Made by a program: the position numbers and the translations under genes
The notes under the pieces: model-generated
Told to the model about the DNA's origin: nothing
Seen by the model: only the letters and a program-made list of their open reading frames with translations
Database searches by the model: none
Assembly (NCBI GenBank): GCA_973895155.1
Contig: OZ316893.1
Coordinates: forward strand, 3,888,490 to 3,952,489
Direction: 5' to 3'
DNA: 64,000 bases
DNA from: Marsupella aquatica
Lineage: Eukaryota > Plantae > Marchantiophyta
In this document: positions 1 to 9,728 of the stretch, one piece after another
Layout of the letters: every line of letters begins with the position of its first letter
Position numbering within the stretch: the stretch's first letter is position 1

Positions 1-579
1 GTGTGGATTATAGTCAATGCCCATTTCTTCCAGAGCAACGCCTACCTGAAACAGTAAGACGCGACGAAAGTTCAGTTTTAAAACCGCACACAGTATCATC
101 AACTATGTCAAGGAAACCGTGGCGTTTCGCTTCGAAATTTGCGCCTAATGACAAAACCTTCTAGCCTCTTTCTCACTACGCTGAGTAACAACCATAAGCT
201 CCAGCGGAGACCAACACCAGAACAAGTTCCAGCAAACAGGGTGTTCGACATTGACGTTAAATTGTACAAGACTCACGTCCCGAAACCCAATAAATCTCTC
301 TAGCAGCAAAGAACTTTTCGCCGCCTATCATTGCATGAAGGAAACAAAACCCAAATTCGTTTTCGATCACAAATCCAAATTGCAACTTCTCAATGTTTAG
401 ACTATTCAAGGAGAGTCACGGGGAAACGATCGAGGAGGGGTGAACTGGGATAGATGCGCTGGTCAAACGAAATGGAATTTGCACAAGCGAGCGATTTTGA
501 CAATTTGAAAAAGTTCCAAGAAGCATACCTTCATCCCATTGGGCGTTGCAAGACTATACAACTCTATCTTCGCGGCCAT
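1..579 (-). CDS. Ure2p/YfcG(Nu)-like glutathione S-transferase, first two coding exons (579-529 and 45-<1); the gene continues beyond the left edge
   Basis: ATG at 579. Exon 1 MAAKIELYSLATPNGMK is followed by a GTATGC donor at 528. After a TTTCAG acceptor, exon 2 reads VGVALEEMGIDYNPH. The joined sequence gives the LYS..TPNG.K..ALEE.G..Y motif of GST N-terminal domains of the Ure2p/YfcG class. Confidence 0.85.
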
Positions 580-2010
580 GGCGGACACTTGTCTGGACCT
601 CTTACTGCAATAGAAATTGTACATTCGGTACATCAGTGTCGGCCTCAAAAACTACGGACACCATATTGCAAGGACACCATATTGCAAACTGGATCTTTAA
701 CGCAAATAAGAAAGTGCTGCTCATACAAGATCACCTACTATGGATAACTAGAGGTGCCCAGGAGAATACATAATCTTCAATGCAATTGCCTGACAGCTAT
801 CTGCCTGTGATCTGCCAGACAGAACCACATGTGCTAATCCTGGTTCTATCTGGTCCAGACGACCCCTAGAAAACCCAGTTAGTCAAATTGGACGAATTAC
901 ACGACGGCAGCTGATTTAGAGAAAAGCTTGGTTAGATTAGAGCACCAACATTTCTTCTGCAGGGGTCACAACCAAAACCAAATCTAATTGGCTGAACTGT
1001 TACATGTCACCAGCCTCGGTTCTTGGTGGTTCGACACTCATGAATTTTCAATTCATACTCTGCTCACTCACCCGCCACCTCACACGATCGAAAGAACTCA
1101 TAATAAACAAGATAGATTATTGTGAAACAAACGCGATTCGAGCTTAAAGAACAGGACCCCACCAGCAACGACGACATGCTTATTGAGGGCCTGCAAACAA
1201 GGTTAAAAAGTCGTGCTACTGATGCAGAAAAGCACTCACACACTCAAAGCTTCGTGACCCGATTCTGTTTCCCTCACCTATGGCAATCGGATACATTCAC
1301 AAGCTACTGACTCTCTCGTCTCATATCAATCACCAAAAACGCAATGGAGCAAACAGACAGCACCAATCTACGCGATGGTGCAACCTGGCCCACCGAGTGT
1401 GGTGTAGGGATGTTGAGAGAGAAGGCTTACGAAGTCTTCCGTAGCAGGACGTGCAGTAGAATTGGGGAGCGTCTTTCTAAACCCAATCGTGAATCGAGCT
1501 TCCAGTGGGCTCAATCTCCGATACTGATCGCCGGGCGAGTGTTGCACTGTCCTATCTTTCTACCTTGTGATGAGCAACAAGGAAGCAATGGGAGCAACAG
1601 CGAAATCAACCCTCACTTTATACCACAGCTTCAGAGCTTGCTCCAGTCCTCGAATTGGAGAGGCAGATTATTCCCCCGAGCTCCAAGGTACCTTTTTATT
1701 CATTCCAACACTTAAAAAAATACCAGAGAAAGGTGAGGTTCCCCACACCTGGAACAGAATCATGGCCCACTGTGGTTCGCCGCGCTGCACTTCGTAATGA
1801 TCGCATGCAGTGGGAACAGAGCAGCTCGTCCCTTCCACTGCTCCTTCCTTCCATTCGGACTTGAGACCCGGAGTGAGCTGACGTAGTAGCGGCCATCACT
1901 GTCGCGAAGCGTCAGTGCGAGTTTCTTGCGTTTAAGGATTAGCTTTACATGTGGAAGAAATGGAATATCCTCCCCTTTGTCTAAGTGCACACTCTCAAGA
2001 AGACACTTAG

Positions 2011-2420
2011 TTAACCAACTGGCTTTGGTCAATTGGCCAAGGGATTAGTCTAGAACCCCCTTCACATGCAAGGGTTGGGATTAGTCTAGACCCAAGAGGT
2101 CCCAGGTTCTTCAATCGGGGCAGTGCAGTTGTGGGAGTCCTGGTTTCTCCATAGCCCATAGCTGCTCGGCTTTGGGGACCCAAGAGGTCCCAAAGAGGTC
2201 CCAAAGATGTCCCAAATTCAACCCGGGCGGTACAGTGGTGGGAGTCCTGGTTTCTCCATAGCTCATAGCTGATCCACTTTGGGGCTCTGGTTCAATCTCG
2301 CTCCCTCTTGGTCTAGGTATGACTCCCTTGTGAGCTACCCTACAGAGGTGCCTGCTCTGGAATTTGTGGTCTACCCTCTGTTGGATTGGGGCAGCTTTTG
2401 GTTTCAAGGCAACAAAAAGA
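2011..2420 (+). mobile_element. Degenerate, internally duplicated copy of the tRNA-derived SINE also found at 55583-55899
   Basis: It shares the head (ttaaccaactggct..tggtca.ttgg), body (gctaccctacagaggtgc..tgctc) and tail (ttggattgg...ggtttcaaggc plus an A-rich end) with the 55.6-kb copy. Internal segments are duplicated (gggattagtctaga x2; gtgggagtcctggtttctccatagc x2). Confidence 0.8.
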
Positions 2421-2709
2421 ATATGACATAGAGTCTGTAGTCATGATAACTGCAACATTGGGATCCAGTGTTGCAATTATTGAAATGCTGCATGATCCCA
2501 TGGCCTCGAGGGGGAAGTGCACATCAAAATATGACAATATATGGTGTATGCACACCAAAATATGACAATACTTGGTGTATGATGTGACTTTTGTTGAAAT
2601 CACCTAGTGTTATTCTTAGTACACCGTATATTGTCATTTTGATGGATCCAGTGTCTGGATTGTACAATACCCGCCTTAAAAGCTACATAAACTCTGTACC
2701 AGATTGTAT

Positions 2710-3832
2710 ATTATATATCAAACTGCCAAAAAACAAAGGGCGCCGAACCGGGAGACATGATCCCACAGGCAAAAGACCCAATCAAGGGGGGAAACCACCA
2801 AGGGGCCAAGAAAAGCAAACCCAAAGACAGGAACCCAAACGCCTACCTATCAGCAAACTGGAGAGCCTGGTAAAGCTCCGGTGTGAACTGCATGGGGGGG
2901 TCAAGCAAAGGAATCCTACTAGCGGCCCTAAGACCAACAGTCTCCCACCTACGAAGAATAGTGAATGCCTGTGCCCGCTGAAGCGCAACAGACACCCTCT
3001 GTCTAAAGAATGCAGTGATGACCGACACAGGGGGATAGGGCCTCCGCTCGACGTACTGAACTGCGCAAGAGCGAAGAAAACGGTCAAAGGATGGGTGTAG
3101 CGCCCCAAAGACCTCCACGGAAAACGGGTAGAAGAGGTCCCCGGGGTACCGCACAGCATAGGCCTCCTCCTTCAGCCGAGCTGCCCTCGCGGCGGCATGG
3201 CCAGGTATATGAGCCGCCGAAGCCACGTTGGCCCCACTAGTCGGATCAGCAACAACGACATCCCCAAGGGCACGAACACCAGCGCGAGAGAAAACCAAAT
3301 CTGCACGACGGCGATCAGAAACCCCATCCCGTGGAGGTAACACATGTCTCTGCTCCATCATGACATGATAACCAGAATCACGGGCAATGGCCGCCACCAC
3401 GTCCCGAATGTCGTCGTGTGTCGCAGTCCTCTCACTACCATGACCGCACCTGAGAATGTGAATGCCTTGCCCATCAAGGGGCGCACCACAGACGCAAGTG
3501 GGCTGACCCAAGAGGCAAGGGTGAGGAAGACCCAACCGAAGGCGCGTGGATGTGGTAAAAATAAAAGTACTCATACGAAAGGGGGCCCAAAGAGGACTCG
3601 CCGATAGCCAAGCCCCCAAACCAGCGCCCGAACCGGATAAAAGACGAGCCCGTACCAAATCCGAGGGTGCCTCAGAAAGCATGCTGGAAAGGGTGTGTCG
3701 GTGCATGCGATCAGAAATCACTTGTTGGACTCGATCCGGGCTGTCCATAACAACTCCCTCGAAAGTAGGGACCACGCTCTGCACGTCCTCCGGCAATAAT
3801 GACCGTGCATGACGGAGCTGGACGACAGCATT
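2710..3832 (-). mobile_element. 5'-truncated CRE-clade (RLE-type) non-LTR retrotransposon
   Basis: It contains ORF 2843-3796 followed by a T/G-rich 3'UTR. Boundaries are approximate and no clear TSD was seen. Confidence 0.8.
2843..3796 (-). CDS. C-terminal part of a CRE-like retrotransposon ORF: CCHC zinc knuckle plus restriction-like (PD-(D/E)xK) endonuclease
   Basis: The 317-aa frame is uninterrupted: GAWLSA.P, RLRLGLP, CVCG..LD..GIHILRC, RTATHDDIRD, RRADL...GDVVVADP, LKEEAY, PFSVEVFG, FFRQRVSVALQR. This is the motif order of the zinc knuckle/RLE region of CRE elements. The RT domain is absent (truncated). Confidence 0.8.
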   Translation of the reverse strand: MPEDVQSVVPTFEGVVMDSPDRVQQVISDRMHRHTLSSMLSEAPSDLVRARLLSGSGAGLGAWLSASPLWAPFRMSTFIFTTSTRLRLGLPHPCLLGQPTCVCGAPLDGQGIHILRCGHGSERTATHDDIRDVVAAIARDSGYHVMMEQRHVLPPRDGVSDRRRADLVFSRAGVRALGDVVVADPTSGANVASAAHIPGHAAARAARLKEEAYAVRYPGDLFYPFSVEVFGALHPSFDRFLRSCAVQYVERRPYPPVSVITAFFRQRVSVALQRAQAFTILRRWETVGLRAASRIPLLDPPMQFTPELYQALQFADR

Positions 3833-5039
3833 GACAGACTTATTGGTAAGTTTTCTAGACCATGTAACAACTCTTATGGATAAGTGTATGAATATGCATT
3901 CTTATAGAGGGTTGGTGCTTTTGGTTTTTGCAAGTTGTCTAGTGGCGACCTTGAAACACTTGTAAAAACTGGAAAAGAGTAGGAAAAAATGGAAGAATGA
4001 GGGGCCTTGGGTAAACCAGATTTTGCACTTATGGAGGGTGTACTTAGGCAGAGCCGATTTGGATAAGTTTGACAGGATGCTGTAAGCAATAGCCAAATTA
4101 AACCTGAGTCAGCAATTTTGAATTGTTATTAATAGTTACTCCATGACATGTTTCTTTTGAAATTAATACTCACATTTTTGGATATCACCAAGTGCTTTGT
4201 GAATTAGAGACCAGAGGCCATAGGTCAAGCATGATCTCAAAATGCTATTTTGTTACTTGGATTACACCCCCCTCCCCCCCCTTTCATCAAAAGTTATAAT
4301 ACAAGGTTGTCCCAATAATTGCACATTCAAATTCAATGTGCTGTTTTGAGTGAAAAATGGAAACCTGAAAAGTGGAAGGAATAAGCCAAAAGTGAATTAT
4401 GTTTGGTGTGGACTGTTTACCAGAGAGATATGCTTAGTAGACGTTCTTGAAAAAGTTTGCTTAATCAACCCCCTCCATGCTTTTCCCCAATCTGGACCGT
4501 TGATGGACCTTTAGATCTGAGATCTGAACCGTTGATAGACCTCAGGGGGTTGATCAAGTAACAAGTTTCAATTTGGGGGTCTATCAAGCAAATACCTCCT
4601 GTTTACCAAGCAAAAAGGAGGAACCAATCATGACCCCTCATGTAAATATTGTTTTTCTGTACCATTACAGTTATTCATACACTCCATTCTTCCCAAGCTG
4701 CCCTTTAGCCTGCAGTCAGCTGCCTGAGATAAAAAATCAAATTCATTTACATTTCAATTACTTAAATTTAAAAAATTATAAAAAACTTTGAAATTTTCAT
4801 AAAACTATTGAATATGAATTAAATAAATATGAATTAAATATAGAAATTATTTATTTCTCTAAAAAAATTGAAACTAAAAATGTAAATATTTGTTCCTATC
4901 ACTTGATTGTGTTTTGGACTCTATGATGTAGTGGCCACTATCTCGCGTCTCTAATTTCTATGTGCAACAAACGGGTTATTGAACACAACCACAACACCCG
5001 CCACAACAACTACATGGTCAAGATTACACATAACATGCT

Positions 5040-5400
5040 TTGACAACTACATTGCAAACTTTATATATTTTTGCCTAGCTTTGACATCTTTTCTTGCCTT
5101 GAGATCTTTTTCTAATCGTTAAATATTTATCTCTCCTTATAATCTTTATTTTGCCTTGACATCTTTTCCTCACATTGACATCTTTAATGCACCATGACAT
5201 GTTTCAGTACATTTTTTCTCACCCTTGACATATTTTCTTTGACATCTCCTCACCTCAACATCTTTTCATCTTATCTTTGTCTCATCTCGCCATGTTTTTC
5301 TAACCATGACATCTTTCCCTCACGCTCGACATATTTTCTCTCCATGACATCTTTTTTCATTTCAATATCTTTTCTTCACCTCAACATCTTTTGTGCTACG
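5040..5400. repeat. Degenerate array of (G)ACATCTT(T) motifs, probably a transposon subterminal or minisatellite sequence
   Basis: gacatcttt/aacatcttt recurs about every 20-35 bp. Similar motifs occur at 6790-6950 and 40380-40930. Confidence 0.55.
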
Positions 5401-5462
5401 CTAGTTTGTAATAATATTCCCAATTTTGGGTACTTTATCACAAAGTGTTTGGTCAATTAGAA

Positions 5463-5751
5463 TGTTGAGCAAAGACAACATTTATAACGACAAGCCCATA
5501 TATGATCATTCACACTCACAACAAGTACTAGCCAACAAAGAGAGATAGTCATGTGGTTCACCTCCACTGAGGTTACATCCATGGGAGCACACTCTAGGCC
5601 CGTTGGCCATGCCAACTTTCCGCAATACAAGTTCTCCCAATCTTTCAACTGGCTCCGTAACAATGAGCTTGAGTTCCACAAATCCAAGCAAACATGCTTG
5701 CCGGGGGCTATAGACAGTATTCATTACAAGTAAACTAACCAAGTCCACAAC
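5463..5751 (-). mobile_element. Degenerate solo-LTR fragment related to the LTR of the minus-strand Copia (24907-25255)
   Basis: It starts tgttgagcaaagacaaca (cf. tgttgagcatagacgaca at 24907) and shares tgtggttcacctccac, cactctaggcc, ctccgtaacaatgagc and ccaagcaaaca colinearly. Confidence 0.75.
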
Positions 5752-7729
5752 TAAAGCACCTCGATTGCCACACCATTGGCAGCTGCCACCTCATGCTCTT
5801 GATCTTCGCCCTGCCCTTGCTCGCCGGCCAGCTGCCCTCTTGATGCAACATGCCCATGTCCATTCTTGCATAGGACTGGTCCAAGGGCGCGTGGTGACTA
5901 AGGACATTATGTCACCACTCTATAGAGTACGGTTTCTAAGCCCCAGTCCTCACCTCTCAATACCATGCTTCTTCAATTTATGTTCTGTGTTTCCTTTTAA
6001 TTCCATTTGTGGACGTACCTTTGGATACAATGCTTCTTTAATTCATTTTTATAAGTCCCCCTTTAATTCCTTTTGTGTTTGTTGCCTTTCCCACTTTGTG
6101 TTTTGGCTTTTGTTCAAAAACAATTAATGAGTCAAGATTAATGAGCCATCCAAAGTCTATACCCCAAGACACCGGCAAAATATATATTAGTAGACACAGG
6201 AATAGACACCAATATCAATTTTTTGTTTTTTGTGAGGACAACAGATTTCATAAAAGCAGTTGAATAAGTTTTTTTTTCCTTTCTTCAATGGTGAAATTTC
6301 TGAGCCATAAATTGAATGGAATCTCATTCTAAACCAAGTGCTCCCATATTTTTGCAGGTGGCCCCTTGGATTTTGGTTTACATGAGGACTACATCCTTGC
6401 CCAAGGAGGGCAGCCCAAGAGCTGAGGCAGGGGAGGGCGGGACGGGAGGCAAGGGGAGGGCAGGGCGGCCCTCCCCCTCTCCTGGCTCTGCCCCATCCCC
6501 ACCACCCTCCCTCTTCCCGACCTCTCTATCTCACACTCGCCCCCAACACTCTTGCAACAACAACATGGTTTCAATGACAACAATTGTACAACACGGGCGT
6601 TAACCGCATGGCCGTAAGGCCATCATGGCTGCAACAACAACATGGCCACAATTACACAAAAGTAGGATTTTTTAATGACTTCCTTGCTTCACTAGTTTTC
6701 TTTGCCCCTGTCAACACGCCTTCTTCGCCTCACCTCATCTTCTATGCAACACATGGGCCAGGCATTGGGCATATATCTTCTTAACTTATCGCCTCAACAT
6801 CTGGAACGCATATAATTTGCCTCGCCTCAACATGCCTCAATATCTTTGTCTCATCGTATTTGACATATTTGTCTCACCTCGACATCTTTACCTCAAGTGG
6901 CTCAACATCTTTGCCTCGCCTTGACATCCTAACCTTGGCTCACCTCGACATCGTTGGTGTAACGCACAGGCATCAGGCTAGTGAACTTATATTACAACAG
7001 ATGTCTTGGACTTTTTTTTGCATGACTGTCAAACCTTTGATGTTGTCATTGTTGGGGACAAGAGGTAGAGAGTGCTCAAATCCACCTTGGTGGGGCTATG
7101 TGGTCTAGCTCATATGGCATCGCTAGGGTATACTTAGGATTTGAAGGATGTCATGTTCAATTTCCTTTCCATGAGCTAGGTGTACAATCATGGAAGGTTC
7201 AGTGTGACTATTGCTTGTGTTGTGTGAGGCTACTTTGGATTCTCAGGTCAGGTGAATGCTGAAAGGAGGTACTTGGTACAACCTTTGCATTCTATGGGGT
7301 CCCATATTGATGCATATTCATTGGCATCCATGCTCAATGCCCAGATCATGCCCCATTTGGGCTGCCTTAGATTCATGCCTCTCCTATGTGAGATGTTCAT
7401 CTAACATCTATGTAGGGCTTGATGCACAATTTGTTGGAAGATAAACTCATTCAAAGCGAAGGTTGGTGGTGCCACTTTGAACTTTGATCTTGTGCACCAA
7501 GCCCTTCAAAACTCTCCAGACCATGGCATCAGGCCCCAAACCTCTTGGTGGTTTTTCTGGGGTGGGGCTTGCCTGGCTTCCCTGGGGCGCTTGCCCCCTG
7601 TGATTGTGTGCATAAATGGTTGTCTCCCCTTGCCTATTGATGAGGCTCTGACCTCCCATTTCCAAGCAAGAAAAGGGTAAACAACCTTTAAGGTACAATC
7701 AGTGAACAACATTGTCTCCTACTTACATC

Positions 7730-8137
7730 CTAATCCTTCTAGGCTTTTGTTCTCCACCCTTTATTGGGACCATGTTTCCCGGTTGTGATGTATTACTAAT
7801 CCTCCTAGACTTTTGTTCTTCTTCCCCCTTTTTGATTTCCTTCATTATGATTGGGACCATGGACCTCTCTTAGCTATGGTGTCGTTCCCACATTACATAT
7901 TGGTCTAATTCATGCAGTGTTTCACTGAGACTGTGTTCCATAGAAGAGCATCAACTCTGTTATGATTGTATTTACTAATCCTCCCACACTGTTGTTCTTC
8001 TTCCCCATTTGTTGATTCTCTTCACTGTGATTGGGATCATGGACCTCTCATAGCTATGGTGTTCTTCCTACATTACACATTGGTCTAATTTATGCAGTGT
8101 TTCACTACGATTGTGTTCCATAGAAGAGCATCCAATC
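7730..8137. repeat. ~179-bp tandem duplication (2 full copies plus 1 partial)
   Basis: Units start tactaatcctcc at 7794 and 7973 and both end tgtgttccatagaagagcatc. Confidence 0.85.
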
Positions 8138-8765
8138 TGGCTGACCATTGGAGGAAGCTTGGGCTGGGTCACAGCTGCAGCAATTACTCCTCTGCAAATG
8201 CTGTTTGTTGGTAACACATGTTTACTCATCAGTAGACGAATGAAGGATCTGAGGTTTTAGAAACTTGTGCACTGATGAGAGAGTGAGTGACGTGGGAGCC
8301 ATGATATTCATAGATTCAGTGCGAAAGCAAAATCCATGCTCAAAGGCAAACGTGGCGAAATCGGGTATATGTTCTTCGCTGCCAAAGCTTCTGTTTGCGC
8401 AGCGAAATCCACGAAAGGAATGAAGGAACAAGGGGGAACTCCAGACTCAAGAGCCTCAATTGCTGCATTGTGGAAACGCTTTGCGTGGGAGAAGTCGTTG
8501 GCTTGTAGGAGAAGTAAAAGTGTGCAGGTGAAGGATTTCGTGGTCGGGGTGCATCGTAAGGTTGACACAGAGAAGAGAGAGGAGAGGAGAGGAGAGGCGA
8601 GGAGAGGAGCAGAAAAGTAGGAAAGGCCGTGTAAGGCAGTCGATAAAAAGTGAGTTAGGTTTGGAGTGTCCTCTCGGCAGCGAAGGATTTTGTGTGCGCT
8701 GAATTCGTTGCTGGTCCAAATTCCAGGAGCCAGTCAGTAACGGAATAGTGGAATTCTGAGAATTT

Positions 8766-9728
8766 ATGGCGATGGCCGCAGTCAATACCTCGAACTTGGC
8801 AATCGGTCATCTGTGGACGAGGCGGCAATTGAAGCGCGGGTTTTGGATCGGAAAGAACAGCAGATGCTCATCAGTCGCAGCATCTGCGTATGTTTCGTCA
8901 TCTGGGGAGAATTCGGTGAGGTTTGTGGTTTTGGGGAAGGCTGCTGTGAAGACTTTGTGTTCGTGCGGAGGGATTGGTGGCGGATTTCGATTGGTGCAGG
9001 GCAGAAGTAGCAAGAGATGGGAGAGTGACAGGATGTGGAGATCGGTTGGCCGTAACCAAGGCAGCGCCAGTGACGACGAGGAGCGCGAAGAGGCGAAGGC
9101 GGAGGAAGATGAGGAGGTAGACCAGGCTTTGAATCTCGATGGGCAAATCCCTACGACTTCGGACGGGTTTCTCAAACAGGTTTCGTCTAACGCGTACGAC
9201 CTGCGCCGGCAATTGGAGCAGAACATCGAGTCCAGCACCTATGATGTCCTAGAAGTGAACCCGTGGAGAGAGACACCTAAACCGGTGTACGTGCTAGCTC
9301 AAGAGGAGAATCGGCTTTTGACGATGAGGACACGGAGAGCTCGGAGTGAAGTAGAAAGGGAGCTCGGCATGCTGTTTCCCAAACGGGGGAGCAGAAGGGG
9401 GAGACAAGGGCGGCAAGGAAGGACGAGTTCGAAAACGCGCGAGGATGAATCGGCTTCCTTGGAAACAGGATTTCGCATGCTGGTGGAGGACATCCGAGAG
9501 GGTGTGCTAGTTTTCGAGGACGAGGAAGAGGCGACTCGCTACTGCAGCTTACTCGATGGTCAAGGACAGAATTGTGCAGGGGTTGCGGAACTAGACGCAT
9601 CCGATGTCTTTGCCGTGTGTCAGAAAACGCAGAGATTGGCTGTGCTTTTCCGCCGGGGAACAACACCGCCACAACCCAGTAGACTGCAACTCAATCTGAA
9701 AGCTCGGAAGAGATCCCTCGAAGATTAG
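8766..9728 (+). CDS. Intronless conserved plant protein, putatively plastid-targeted, with a DUF3110-like C-terminal region
   Basis: 320-aa ORF with an S/R/A-rich transit-peptide-like N-terminus and an acidic linker. It then has conserved-looking blocks LDGQIPTTSD.F.KQVSS.AYD, YDVLEVNPWRETPKPVYVL and GVLVFEDEEEATRYCSLL, the last resembling cyanobacterial DUF3110. The family assignment is from memory. Confidence 0.8.
   Translation: MAMAAVNTSNLAIGHLWTRRQLKRGFWIGKNSRCSSVAASAYVSSSGENSVRFVVLGKAAVKTLCSCGGIGGGFRLVQGRSSKRWESDRMWRSVGRNQGSASDDEEREEAKAEEDEEVDQALNLDGQIPTTSDGFLKQVSSNAYDLRRQLEQNIESSTYDVLEVNPWRETPKPVYVLAQEENRLLTMRTRRARSEVERELGMLFPKRGSRRGRQGRQGRTSSKTREDESASLETGFRMLVEDIREGVLVFEDEEEATRYCSLLDGQGQNCAGVAELDASDVFAVCQKTQRLAVLFRRGTTPPQPSRLQLNLKARKRSLED

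Noticed and set aside
1344-2032. Several 60-120-aa ORFs on both strands
   Set aside because: No recognisable motifs, and the splice combinations tried hit stops. It may be UTR sequence.
4440-4610. MITE-like inverted repeat (ttaatcaaccccct / agggggttgatcaa)
   Set aside because: The arms are short and no termini or TSD could be defined. It is probably a decayed DNA-transposon end.
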